DNA of 64,000 nt, from assembly GCA_041182625.1 (NCBI GenBank), contig JBEGNF010000010.1, positions 7,222 to 71,221 on the forward strand. The letters run 5' to 3'. This DNA is from Pseudomonadota bacterium (GTDB lineage: Bacteria; Pseudomonadota; Gammaproteobacteria; Burkholderiales; Burkholderiaceae_D). Under the pieces are notes generated by a model, which worked only from the letters and a program-made list of their open reading frames with translations, was not told the origin of the DNA and ran no database searches. This document shows positions 32,685 through 42,687 of the stretch, one piece after another. The first letter of the stretch is position 1. Every line of letters starts with the position of its first letter. The translations under genes were made by a program, and so were the position numbers.

Positions 32685-34190
32685 TCAGGATGAGCAACTG
32701 ACCTCGATATTCGCGGCCCAATCGGGCGGCAGTGTCGCGTAATCGTCGTGCTCTGGCTGTTCATCATACGGGTGCTGCAATATCTTCAGCAGCCTTTGTA
32801 CTTCCGAAAAATCTTTTTGCTGGGCTTTTTGTATCGCTGTCTGAGCGAGATAGTTGCGCAGCACATATTTGGGATTCACCCGGTCCATGCTCAGTTTGCG
32901 CGCGGTATCGTCGCTCTGCTCCAGTCCTAACCGCCGCCGGTAGTCTACCGACCACGCGTCAAAGGCAGGGCGATCTATAAACAGATCACGCAGAGGAGCA
33001 TCTGCGCCCGGATCGTGGCGCTTGAGGTTGGACAGCCGCCGGAAGAACAGCGGAAAATCGACCCGATTGGCGGCGAGGATCTCCAGTAAGCGCTCAAGCA
33101 GTGCCTCGTCGCCTTCCATGACACTGCGCAGGCCGAGCTTGGCTTGCCAAAGTGCCGCCATGCGGCCATCAAAAGCAGGCTTGTAGATGGAAAGCGCCTC
33201 ATGCACCTCATCGACATCGCCGATGAGCGACACCATTGCCTGACCCAGTGCGTAGCAATTCCATTCACCGATGCGTGGCTGCATGCGATACGAATAGCGG
33301 CCCTGCTGATCGGTGTGATTGCAAATGTGTGCCGGATCATAGGCTTCCATGAAGCCAAAGGGACCGTAATCCAGAGTAATGCCGAGTATCGACATGTTGT
33401 CGGTATTCAGTACGCCATGCATGAAACCGACTGCCTGCCACTGCGCGACCAGTTCGGCGGTGCGGCGCGTCACTTCACGCAACAGCGCTCGGTAGGGATG
33501 CGGCTCGTCGCGCAGCTCGGGGTAGCTTTGCGCCAGCACGTAATCGGCCAGGGCTTTCAGTGCCTCTGGGTGTTGGTGATAAAACCAATGTTCGAACGAG
33601 CCAAAGCGGACGAAACTCTGGGCCATGCGAGTGACCACAGCAGTGCTCTCCGGCATTTCGCGCATGACGCGGCTGTCCGAACCGATCACGCATAGCGCGC
33701 GCGAGGTTGGAATACCCAGCCCGGCCATCGCCTCCGAGCAGAGAAATTCGCGGATCGACGAGCGCAGCACGGCCCGGCCATCGCCCATGCGCGAGTAAGG
33801 CGTTTTGCCGGACCCTTTGAGTTGCAACTCCAGCGATCCGCCCGGCTCCGCGGGTGCCTTTGCCTCGCCGAGCAGAATCGCTCGGCCGTCACCCAGCTGG
33901 CCCGCCCACACGCCAAACTGGTGGCCAGAGTAAACCGCAGCCAGCGGCTTTGATTGCGGATGCACAGCATTGCCGGAAAACACCTGAAGAAAATCGTCAC
34001 CACTGAACTCATCGGGGTCGAGGCCGATCAGCGCAGAGGCCGCTTCGCTCGCGCAGACTAGGTAGGGCGAGGGCAGTGGCGTGGGGTTCAGACGGGTGTA
34101 GAACGAGGGCGGCAGCTCAGCGAAGGTATTCCCCAGCGCGAGTTCGCTCAGGCGGTACCGCGCAATAAAAGGCAGGTCAGGGGAATTCAT
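32685..34190 (-). CDS. selO: Protein adenylyltransferase SelO (YdiU)
   Basis: [38 protein letters not shown]-terminal CSS. Start probably ATG 34190. Confidence 0.95.
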   Translation of the reverse strand: MNSPDLPFIARYRLSELALGNTFAELPPSFYTRLNPTPLPSPYLVCASEAASALIGLDPDEFSGDDFLQVFSGNAVHPQSKPLAAVYSGHQFGVWAGQLGDGRAILLGEAKAPAEPGGSLELQLKGSGKTPYSRMGDGRAVLRSSIREFLCSEAMAGLGIPTSRALCVIGSDSRVMREMPESTAVVTRMAQSFVRFGSFEHWFYHQHPEALKALADYVLAQSYPELRDEPHPYRALLREVTRRTAELVAQWQAVGFMHGVLNTDNMSILGITLDYGPFGFMEAYDPAHICNHTDQQGRYSYRMQPRIGEWNCYALGQAMVSLIGDVDEVHEALSIYKPAFDGRMAALWQAKLGLRSVMEGDEALLERLLEILAANRVDFPLFFRRLSNLKRHDPGADAPLRDLFIDRPAFDAWSVDYRRRLGLEQSDDTARKLSMDRVNPKYVLRNYLAQTAIQKAQQKDFSEVQRLLKILQHPYDEQPEHDDYATLPPDWAANIEVSCSS

Positions 34191-34438
34191 CGAAAGGCTT
34201 CTGTTACGATGCTCAAGAGAACCAAGGCAACCATGTCGGCGACGCGGACGGATACCAAAATCATATTTTGACAGAGAAGTGCGCAGCTCACCTGATGGAC
34301 ACCGAACGTGAAAACGCACGGGATGAAAGCTCGAATTGCTGCGGCGCAAGATGAAAATTTGTTGACTAAAGGATAAGTCCCGCACAAAAATCGCCCGTCA
34401 AAAATTGCTCTTAAAAAAGAAACGAGACAGGAGACATC

Positions 34439-36091
34439 ATGACGCAGTACTCGCAGAGCCCTTTGATGGGCCGGATGATGAGCCAGCCGTTGCTCATTTC
34501 AAGCCTGATCAAGCACGCGGATCGGTATTACGGCGATACCGAGGTCGTGTCACGGCGGGTTGAGGGAGACATCCATCGTTACACCTACAGTGAGTGTCAC
34601 CGTCGCGCTCGGCAGCTGGCCAATGCGCTGAATAAACTGGGCGTCAGCATGGGCGACCGGGTCGCCACCCTCGCATGGAATGGCTATCGTCATCTGGAGG
34701 CGTATTACGCGGTCTCCGGATCGGGCGCGGTACTTCACACGGTGAACCCGAGATTGCATCCAGAACAGATCGCCTATATCGCTAACCATGCCGAGGACCA
34801 GTATCTCTTTTTCGACATGAATTTTCTTCCGGTGATCGAGACCATCGCACCGCTGGCCAAGACCATCAAGGGCTACATCATGCTGTGCGACCGCGATCGC
34901 ATGCCATCCGATTCCAAGGTGCCCAATCTGATCTGCTATGAAGAGCTCGTCGCGAGCAACAGCGATGATTATGAGTGGCCGCTATTTGATGAAAACTCGG
35001 CATCCAGTCTGTGCTACACCTCGGGTACGACCGGCAATCCCAAAGGGGCGCTTTACTCGCACCGCTCGACCATGCTGCACTCGTACGCATCGGCGCTGCC
35101 CGACGCATTGAATGTGTCGGCGCGCGACGTGGTGCTGCCTGTGGTACCGATGTTCCATGTGAATGCATGGGGCTTGCCGTATTCAGTGATGCTCACCGGT
35201 GCCAAGATGGTTTTCCCCGGACCGGCACTGGACGGTAAGTCGATCTACGAATTGTTTGAACAGGAAGGCGTCACTTTTTCGGCCGGCGTACCGACCGTCT
35301 GGCTGGGTCTGTTGACCTACACCGCTCAGAACAACCTGAAATTCTCTACCTTCAAACGCACGGTGATCGGCGGCTCCGCCTGCCCGCCCGCCATGATGAA
35401 GACACTCCGCAATGAGTACGGTGTGGAGGTAGTGCATGCATGGGGCATGACTGAGATGTCACCACTGGGTACGAGCTGTACGCTGACGGGCAAACACATC
35501 CATCTGTCTGAGGATGAGAAACAAGCGCGTCTTGAGAAGCAGGGACGTGCAATCTTCGGCGTCGATATGAAGATTGTCGATGACGATGGCAAGGAACTAC
35601 CCTGGGATGGCAAGACCTACGGCAACCTGCTGGTGAAGGGACCTTGGGTCATTGAGGGCTATTTTAAAAATGAAGGCGGACAGGTGCTGCAGGATGGCTG
35701 GTTCCCGACCGGCGACGTGGCCGTGATCGATGAGGAAGGCTATATGCAGATCACCGATCGCAGCAAGGACGTGATCAAATCCGGCGGCGAATGGATAGGC
35801 AGCATTGATCTTGAAAACATCGCTGTCGCGCATCCCGCCGTTCTGCAGGCGGCATGTATCGGCGTAGCGCATCCGAAATGGGACGAACGTCCGTTGTTGG
35901 TCGTGGTAAAAAAACCTGGTATGGATGTCAGCAAAGATGAACTGCTCACCTTCTATGAAGGCAAAATAGCGAAGTGGTGGACGCCGGATGATGTAGTGTT
36001 TACTGACAGTTTGCCGCTCGGCGCCACCGGAAAGATACTAAAAAATAAAATCCGGGAAGCCTATCGGGATTACAAGCTGCCCACTGCCTGA
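34439..36091 (+). CDS. Medium/long-chain acyl-CoA ligase (3-methylthiopropionyl-CoA ligase DmdB-like)
   Basis: YTSGTTGNPKG AMP-binding motif, WGMTEMSP, TGD, DRSKDVIKSGGEWI. Confidence 0.88.
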   Translation: MTQYSQSPLMGRMMSQPLLISSLIKHADRYYGDTEVVSRRVEGDIHRYTYSECHRRARQLANALNKLGVSMGDRVATLAWNGYRHLEAYYAVSGSGAVLHTVNPRLHPEQIAYIANHAEDQYLFFDMNFLPVIETIAPLAKTIKGYIMLCDRDRMPSDSKVPNLICYEELVASNSDDYEWPLFDENSASSLCYTSGTTGNPKGALYSHRSTMLHSYASALPDALNVSARDVVLPVVPMFHVNAWGLPYSVMLTGAKMVFPGPALDGKSIYELFEQEGVTFSAGVPTVWLGLLTYTAQNNLKFSTFKRTVIGGSACPPAMMKTLRNEYGVEVVHAWGMTEMSPLGTSCTLTGKHIHLSEDEKQARLEKQGRAIFGVDMKIVDDDGKELPWDGKTYGNLLVKGPWVIEGYFKNEGGQVLQDGWFPTGDVAVIDEEGYMQITDRSKDVIKSGGEWIGSIDLENIAVAHPAVLQAACIGVAHPKWDERPLLVVVKKPGMDVSKDELLTFYEGKIAKWWTPDDVVFTDSLPLGATGKILKNKIREAYRDYKLPTA

Positions 36092-36146
36092 TAGCCGCTG
36101 ACAATCACTGACATCGCCAACCGTATCTCGCGCAGGAATTCGGGAC

Positions 36147-37094
36147 TTGGAATTCACACTCATCTCACTGCTGAACGGTCTGAGCTACGGACTGCTGCTG
36201 TTCATGTTGTCGTCCGGTCTCACGCTGATTTTCAGCATGATGGGCGTGCTGAATTTTGCGCATGCAAGTTTCTACATGCTTGGCGCTTATTTCGGTTATG
36301 CGATCAGCCAGCAATTCGGATTCTGGCCAGCGTTGATCATCGCGCCTTTGTTGACCGGACTGGCCGGCGCGCTGATCGAGCGTTTCGGGTTGCGCGCCGT
36401 GCACAAGCACGGGCATGTCTCTGAATTGCTGTTTACCTTTGGTCTTTCTTATGTGATTGCTGAGCTGGTGCAGTTGGTCTGGGGACGCGCAGCAGTACCC
36501 TACAAAATACCGTCTGAGCTGGACGGGCCGCTATTCTCCCTGTTCACGATGGCCTTTCCTGCGTATCGGGGATTCATGATGCTAGTGGCGGTGTTGATGG
36601 TGGTCGCGATCTGGCTGCTGCTGACGCGCACCCGCATTGGCTTGGTCATCCAGGCGGCATTGACGCACCCTGAGACCGTCGAGGCCCTCGGCCACAATGT
36701 GCCGCGCGTGTTCATGCTGGTATTTGGCGGCGGCTGCGCGCTGGCCGGATTGGCTGGCGTCATTGGTGGCAATGCGTTCGTGACGGAGCCGGCGATGGCC
36801 GCGACCGTCGGCAGCATCATCTTTGTGGTCGTGGTGGTTGGCGGCATGGGCTCGCTGGGCGGCGCATTCCTGGCTTCGCTGCTGATCGGCATGGTGCAGA
36901 CCTTCGCGGTCGCACTCGACTGGTCGCTGCTCGGGCCACTGGCGCGCGTGGGCATCGCACCCAGTCCGGAGCTACCGGTGTATCGCTTGTTGTCTCTGAC
37001 ACTGTCGGAGGTTGCGCCGATCCTGCCGTACTTGCTGCTGGTGCTGGTCTTGATCTTTCGCCCCCGTGGTCTGATGGGTAAGAGGGAGAGCTGA
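36147..37094 (+). CDS. LIV-type ABC transporter permease (LivH-like)
   Basis: GLTLIFSMMGVLNFAH, VVVVGGMGS. Confidence 0.9.
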   Translation: MEFTLISLLNGLSYGLLLFMLSSGLTLIFSMMGVLNFAHASFYMLGAYFGYAISQQFGFWPALIIAPLLTGLAGALIERFGLRAVHKHGHVSELLFTFGLSYVIAELVQLVWGRAAVPYKIPSELDGPLFSLFTMAFPAYRGFMMLVAVLMVVAIWLLLTRTRIGLVIQAALTHPETVEALGHNVPRVFMLVFGGGCALAGLAGVIGGNAFVTEPAMAATVGSIIFVVVVVGGMGSLGGAFLASLLIGMVQTFAVALDWSLLGPLARVGIAPSPELPVYRLLSLTLSEVAPILPYLLLVLVLIFRPRGLMGKRES

Positions 37095-37096
37095 GC

Positions 37097-38386
37097 ATGC
37101 CCGTCGGACTCATCCGCTATTCACCCATCAATCTGGGCCGCTGGTTGGTCTGGGGCGGCTTCGCGCTGGCGCTGGTCATTGCGCCGCTGGTATTCAGCTC
37201 CGGCAGCAGCTTGTCCCTGCTGTCACTGATGGGTACGATGATGATCTTCTCGCTCTCGTACAACATGCTGCTGGGGCAGAGCGGCATGCTGTCCTTCGGG
37301 CACGCAGTGTATTCCGGTCTTGGGGCTTTTTTCGCCATTCATGCGATCAATCTGTCCAGTAGTGGCTCTTTGCAGGTGCCGCTGACACTGGTGCCGCTCG
37401 TTGGCGGTGTCGCCGGCCTGCTGTTCGGCGCGCTGTTCGGCTACGTCACAACTCAGCGATCGGGCACCGCTTTTTCAATGATTTCGTTGGGCATCGTCGA
37501 GCTGGTCTTCGCGTGCTCGCTGATGTTTCCGGGTTTCTTTGGTGGCGAAGGCGGTGTGTCGGGCGATCGGGTATTCGGCCGGCCGTTTTTCGGGATCAGC
37601 TTCGGTCCGCAGATACAGGTGTACTACCTGATCGCTTTCTGGCTGTTTGTCAGCGCGGTGGCAATGTTCGCGCTGGCGCATACGCCGCTGGGACGTATCG
37701 CCAATGCCGTGCGCGACAATCCGGAACGCGCCGAATTCGTCGGCTATGACCCGCAGCGCGTTCGCTTCCTGATGCTGATGCTGTCCGCGTTCTTCGCAGG
37801 GATATCGGGCGGGCTCGCCGCGATCAATTTTGAAATTGTCAGCGCCGAGAATGTCAGTGCTGCTCGCTCTGGCGCCGTGCTGTTGTTTGCCTTTATCGGG
37901 GGTACGGGGATCTTTTTTGGTCCGATGCTGGGCGCAATCGTAGGCGTGCTGTTGACAGTGATGCTGCCGGAATTCACCAAGGCATGGTTACTGTATCTCG
38001 GGATTTTTTTCATCATGATGGTCATGTACGCGCCGGGCGGCATGGCCAGCCTGATCGTGATGAACCTGCGCCTGGTATCCAAGGGACTGATGCCGCGTGT
38101 GCTGCCTGCCATGCTGCGGCTGGCCGCGCCTGCGGTCATCGCTCTGACCGGGTTCGTGATGCTGATCGAGATGACGTATCGGCTGTCGCTCGACGCGGCA
38201 CATGGCACTTCCCTGAATTTGTTCGGATGGAACGTCGATGCTACGTCGACACCTGCCTGGCTGATCGCGATCTCTATGCTGCTTGTCGGCGGCGCATTTT
38301 TTCTGCGACTACGTGGCGCGTTTCTGGATGTCTGGGAGGATGCGCAGGCCGCGCTTGAACGCCACTCCCCAGGGGGACGAGGATGA
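37097..38386 (+). CDS. LIV-type ABC transporter permease (LivM-like)
   Basis: GMLSFGHA, GGEGG, GRIANAVRDNPERA, GPMLGA. Confidence 0.9.
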   Translation: MPVGLIRYSPINLGRWLVWGGFALALVIAPLVFSSGSSLSLLSLMGTMMIFSLSYNMLLGQSGMLSFGHAVYSGLGAFFAIHAINLSSSGSLQVPLTLVPLVGGVAGLLFGALFGYVTTQRSGTAFSMISLGIVELVFACSLMFPGFFGGEGGVSGDRVFGRPFFGISFGPQIQVYYLIAFWLFVSAVAMFALAHTPLGRIANAVRDNPERAEFVGYDPQRVRFLMLMLSAFFAGISGGLAAINFEIVSAENVSAARSGAVLLFAFIGGTGIFFGPMLGAIVGVLLTVMLPEFTKAWLLYLGIFFIMMVMYAPGGMASLIVMNLRLVSKGLMPRVLPAMLRLAAPAVIALTGFVMLIEMTYRLSLDAAHGTSLNLFGWNVDATSTPAWLIAISMLLVGGAFFLRLRGAFLDVWEDAQAALERHSPGGRG

Positions 38387-39150
38387 GCACGCCAGCTCTC
38401 GACCTTAAAAACGTGCGCAAGCAGTTCGGTAGTGCCGAGATCATTCGCGGCGTGAACCTTACCATTCAACCGGGGGAGCGGGTCGCCATCATCGGACCGA
38501 ACGGTGCCGGCAAATCGACATTGTTCAATCTTATCTCCGGACGGTTTGCGCCGAGCAGCGGCGAGATTTTACTCAACGGTCGTCAGATTGCCGGTCTTGC
38601 ACCTTCCCAGATCAATCGCCTCGGTTTGTCTCGCAGCTTCCAGATCACGAATATTTTTCATCGTTTGTCTGTGTTCGAAAATCTGCGCTGCGCGGTACTG
38701 TGGTCGCTCGGCTACCGATACTCTTTCTGGCACAGGCTCAGCGCGTTAAAAGTCGCCCGCGAAGTCGCCGAACAGGTGATGGAATCCATAGGTCTGGGTT
38801 GGCGGCGCGATACGACGGCGGGTCTGCTGACATATGCCGAGCAGCGGGCACTGGAAATTGGCATCACAGTGGCAGGGGGCGCGGATGTGATTTTGCTGGA
38901 TGAGCCCACGGCAGGCATGAGCCGCTCGGAATCAGACAAGGCGGTCGAGCTGATACGCGAAGTGACGGTTGGGAAGACGTTGCTGATGGTAGAGCACGAT
39001 ATGAGCGTCGTCTTTGGCGTTGCCGACCGTATCGCTGTGGTGGTGTACGGCGAAGTCATTGCCTGCGACACACCTGAGGCGATACGCGACAATGCGCGCG
39101 TTCAGGAGGCGTATCTCGGCGGGCATGCGCCCGCGCAGGAGCCCGCATGA
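38383..39150 (+). CDS. LIV-type ABC transporter ATP-binding protein (LivG-like)
   Basis: GPNGAGKST, RSFQITNIF, LLDEPTAG, VEHDM. Confidence 0.92.
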   Translation: MSTPALDLKNVRKQFGSAEIIRGVNLTIQPGERVAIIGPNGAGKSTLFNLISGRFAPSSGEILLNGRQIAGLAPSQINRLGLSRSFQITNIFHRLSVFENLRCAVLWSLGYRYSFWHRLSALKVAREVAEQVMESIGLGWRRDTTAGLLTYAEQRALEIGITVAGGADVILLDEPTAGMSRSESDKAVELIREVTVGKTLLMVEHDMSVVFGVADRIAVVVYGEVIACDTPEAIRDNARVQEAYLGGHAPAQEPA

Positions 39151-39848
39151 GCGCCCTGCTGGAGATACGCGATCTACACGCCTACTATGGCAAGAGCCAT
39201 GTGCTGCACGGTGTAAACCTGATCGTGGGTGAGGGCGAAATTGTCAGCCTGCTGGGCCGTAACGGTGTCGGTCGCTCGACAACGGTCAAAGCGGTGATGG
39301 GCCAGGTCAGAGCGATTGGTTCGGTGATGTTCAAGGGTCAGCAAGTGCTGGGACTGCCGGCCTACCGGATCGCGCACTGCGGTTTGGGTTATGTGCCTGA
39401 GAACAGAGATATTTTTCCTACGCTGACCGTAGAGCAGAACCTTATTCTGGGCGAGAAAAAGGGGAAATCATCGCGCTGGAGCCTCGACGATATGTATCAG
39501 ATGTTCCCGAGGCTACGCGAGCGTCAGCATACGCAGGCGGGTGTGCTGTCCGGCGGCGAGCAGCAGATGCTTACGCTGTGCCGCACGCTGATGGGCGACC
39601 CAGATCTGATCATGATCGATGAGCCCACCGAGGGGCTCGCGCCCAAGATCGTGGAGCAGGTCGCTGGCTATCTGCAGGCGCTGAAGCAGCGTGGCATCTC
39701 GGTGCTTCTGGTAGAGCAGAAACTGGCGATTGCGATGGAAATTTCACAGCGTGTCTATGTCATGGGGAGGGGAGCCATCGTTTTCGAAGGAACCCCTGCC
39801 GAACTGAGCAGCGATGCTATCGTACGCAAAGAATGGCTGGAAGTATGA
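39147..39848 (+). CDS. LIV-type ABC transporter ATP-binding protein (LivF-like)
   Basis: GRNGVGRST, LSGGEQQML, DEPTEGLAP. Confidence 0.92.
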   Translation: MSALLEIRDLHAYYGKSHVLHGVNLIVGEGEIVSLLGRNGVGRSTTVKAVMGQVRAIGSVMFKGQQVLGLPAYRIAHCGLGYVPENRDIFPTLTVEQNLILGEKKGKSSRWSLDDMYQMFPRLRERQHTQAGVLSGGEQQMLTLCRTLMGDPDLIMIDEPTEGLAPKIVEQVAGYLQALKQRGISVLLVEQKLAIAMEISQRVYVMGRGAIVFEGTPAELSSDAIVRKEWLEV

Positions 39849-39911
39849 CCCCCTGAACCCCTTGTTAATCAACCCTTGTCAATCAAGATGACTATGTAAC
39901 GAAGGAGACCC

Positions 39912-41153
39912 ATGAAATCGCTGAACCGCCCTTTGATGGCTGGCCTGATGCTGGCTTGCGCCACCCTTCCCGCAGCTGCACTGGCTGACAATATCAAGAT
40001 CGCTTTCATTGATCCGTTATCAGGCCCCTTCGCGCCCGTGGGACAGAATACCTTCCGCAGCTTCCAGATCTCTGCGGAGATTGCGAATCGCGACAAATGG
40101 GCTCCAGGTCATACGTTTGAGATCACCGGTTTCGACAACAAGGCCAGCCCTCAAGAATCGCTGACGGTGCTCAAGACCGTCATCGATCAAGGTTATCGCT
40201 ATATCGCTCAGGGTAATGGTTCGGGAGCGGCGGGTGCCCTGATCGATGCGATCAACAAGCACAACGAGCGCAATCCTGGCAAGGAGATTGTGTTTCTCAA
40301 TTATGCAGCGGTCGATCCGGATCTGACCAACAGCAAATGCAGTTTCTGGCATTTCCGACTTGATGCGAATTCGGATATGAAGATGGAGGCACTCACCACT
40401 TTTCTGGCCAAGGACAAGTCGGTAAAAAAGGTCTACATCATCGGACAAAACTACGCCCATGGTCAGCAGGTGACTCGGGCAGCAAAAGAGTATCTCAAGC
40501 GTAAGCGGCCAGACATCGAGATTGTCGGCGATGATTTGCATCCAATCGGCAGCGTGAAGGATTTTGCCCCTTATGTCGCCAAAATCAGTGCCAGCGGTGC
40601 CGATACGGTGATTACCGGTAACTGGGGCTCTGATTTGGCATTGTTAGTGAAATCCGCTCGCGAGTCTGATCTGAAGGCGAAGTTCTACACGTATTACGCT
40701 TACACCACGGGTGTGCCTACGGTGATGGGATCTAGTGCGGCTGATCATGTACGTAATGTAGGTACCTGGAACGTGAACAGTGAAGTCGCCGTAGGCAAAG
40801 ATATCGTCGAGTCATTCAAGAAAAAATATAACGATGATTTCTATGCATCGTCCACTTACTCGGCGATCCAGTTGCTGGCCAAAGGCGTGACGCAGGCAAA
40901 GTCAACCGATCCGGTCAAAGTAGCGTTTGCGATGGAAGGACAAAAATTCAAATCGCTCAATGGTGAAGTGGAAATGCGCAAGACCGATCACCAGCTTCAG
41001 CAGCCCTTGTACATCAGCACCTGGATCAAGGTGAACGGCAAGGAAGTCAAGTACGATCAGGAAAATACCGGCTATGGCTGGCGTACTGAGCAGAAAGTCG
41101 AGCCCTATGTCGCTGCACAGCCCACATCGTGCAGCATGAAGCGTCCGTCATAA
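39912..41153 (+). CDS. LIV-type ABC substrate-binding protein
   Basis: Signal peptide, IDPLSGPFA, type I periplasmic binding fold; follows the transporter genes. Confidence 0.9.
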   Translation: MKSLNRPLMAGLMLACATLPAAALADNIKIAFIDPLSGPFAPVGQNTFRSFQISAEIANRDKWAPGHTFEITGFDNKASPQESLTVLKTVIDQGYRYIAQGNGSGAAGALIDAINKHNERNPGKEIVFLNYAAVDPDLTNSKCSFWHFRLDANSDMKMEALTTFLAKDKSVKKVYIIGQNYAHGQQVTRAAKEYLKRKRPDIEIVGDDLHPIGSVKDFAPYVAKISASGADTVITGNWGSDLALLVKSARESDLKAKFYTYYAYTTGVPTVMGSSAADHVRNVGTWNVNSEVAVGKDIVESFKKKYNDDFYASSTYSAIQLLAKGVTQAKSTDPVKVAFAMEGQKFKSLNGEVEMRKTDHQLQQPLYISTWIKVNGKEVKYDQENTGYGWRTEQKVEPYVAAQPTSCSMKRPS

Positions 41154-41186
41154 GCGCTGTTGATAGGGTCGCTCCTGCCGAACTAC

Positions 41187-41212
41187 AAGCCTGCTTCTTG
41201 CAGGCTTTTTTG
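41187..41212 (+). terminator. Rho-independent terminator
   Basis: AAGCCTGC-TTCTT-GCAGGCTT plus T run. Confidence 0.85.
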
Positions 41213-41331
41213 TTGGTAATGGCATCACCTTAGTCGCAGGTGGGTTCTGCGCCACAGTCGAATCTCCGCTCTGGACAGATCGTTTCTATAGCCCGGAAAC
41301 TCGCGCTCATCGATATCACAAGGAGACGAAG

Positions 41332-42579
41332 ATGACTTCAGAGTGCCGCCGCTCGTTCCGGGCAATGCTCCGGCGTTCGCGAAAGACTGTGGGCTTCATT
41401 ATGCTGCTGATTACTTTGTGCGGGACAGCAAGTTTTTCATTCGCGCAGACGGTGAGAATAGGTCTCAGCGGACCTTTTACCGGTGGCTCCAGCCCGATGG
41501 GCGAGAGCATGCGCAATGGCGTCAGGCTAGCCGTCGATGAGATCAACAGCGCCGGAGGCATACAGGGCGTTCCTATTGAACTGATCGAGCGGGACGATAC
41601 CGCCAATGAAAAAGTCGGCGCGAAGATTGCCGAGGAGCTGACCCGTTCGAGGGTGGTGGCGACGATAGGTATCGTCAATACGGGTGTCGGTCTGGCATCG
41701 ATCGATCACTACCAGCGATCCAGGATTCCTCTGGTGGTAGCGGTATCCACTGGGCCCATGCTGACGCGAAAATTCGCGCCGCCAGCGGCGGCGGCCAACT
41801 ATATTTTCCGAGTGTCGCCAACGCTGGATCTCGAAGCCCGGGTGCTGGCTGCCGATCTGAAAAAAAAATCCTTGACGCGGGTCGCGCTGCTTGCGGATAA
41901 CACAGCCTACGGTGAAAGTGGCGCGACCGCATTCGCAGAGCAAGCCAGACTGGCGGGCCTGGATCTGGTGTCGCAATTTCGCTTCAAGATCGGCGAGAGC
42001 GACATGAGCAGCCTGGTCAAAAACGCCAGAGCCGCTGGCGCGCAGGCCATCGTGGGATGGGGTATCGGGCCGGAACTGGCGGCCATTGCGAAAGCGATGC
42101 GCGCGGCAGGCTGGCGAGCGCCACTCATGGGCAGCTGGACCTTGTCGATGCGAAATTTTATTGATCTTGCTGGGGCCGCCGGTGACGGCGCCCTGATGCC
42201 ACAGACTTTCATCCAGGATGCGGGATCGACAGCAAAAAACAGTTTTCTGCTGGCCTACCGGCGCATGTTCAGGACAGAACTCATTCCCTCGCCGATGAGC
42301 GCCGCGCAAGGGTACGATGGCATGCATCTACTAGCGCATGCGATCCGACAAGCGCGCTCGCTGGATGGTGATGCGATACGGATGGCGCTAGAAAATTTGA
42401 ATTTCCGTTATCAAGGCGTGGTGACCAGTTATGACGACCCATTCAGTGCCGAGGATCATGACGCCATCACTGCCAACATGATCGTGATCGGCAAGGTGAG
42501 CGCAGGGCGGGTCGACTATGCGTACCAAGAGGATCAGCAACGTAGTGCACTGCTAAGAATGAAACGTGCTGGAAATTAA
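41332..42579 (+). CDS. Second LIV-type ABC substrate-binding protein (start may be ATG 41401)
   Basis: IGLSGPFTGG, GVRLAVDEIN, YIFRVSP, AQGYDG. Confidence 0.85.
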   Translation: MTSECRRSFRAMLRRSRKTVGFIMLLITLCGTASFSFAQTVRIGLSGPFTGGSSPMGESMRNGVRLAVDEINSAGGIQGVPIELIERDDTANEKVGAKIAEELTRSRVVATIGIVNTGVGLASIDHYQRSRIPLVVAVSTGPMLTRKFAPPAAAANYIFRVSPTLDLEARVLAADLKKKSLTRVALLADNTAYGESGATAFAEQARLAGLDLVSQFRFKIGESDMSSLVKNARAAGAQAIVGWGIGPELAAIAKAMRAAGWRAPLMGSWTLSMRNFIDLAGAAGDGALMPQTFIQDAGSTAKNSFLLAYRRMFRTELIPSPMSAAQGYDGMHLLAHAIRQARSLDGDAIRMALENLNFRYQGVVTSYDDPFSAEDHDAITANMIVIGKVSAGRVDYAYQEDQQRSALLRMKRAGN

Positions 42580-42687
42580 AATACGATCGTGCTTTTTTGA
42601 GTTATAGTGATGCCCGTGAGGCCATAATGCGGGATGTCGCATCAAACGAGCGCGGCCTGATCGAACAAAATTACCGGAGACAAGCGT

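Noticed and set aside
32673-32687. The selO TGA stop is in frame with the msrB ATG 12 nt later, which could suggest a selenocysteine read-through SelO-MsrB fusion
   Set aside because: Bacterial SelO normally ends in CSS, and the Sec of eukaryotic SelO corresponds to that Cys. The GAGGA spanning the stop is simply the msrB SD, and I saw no SECIS-like hairpin.
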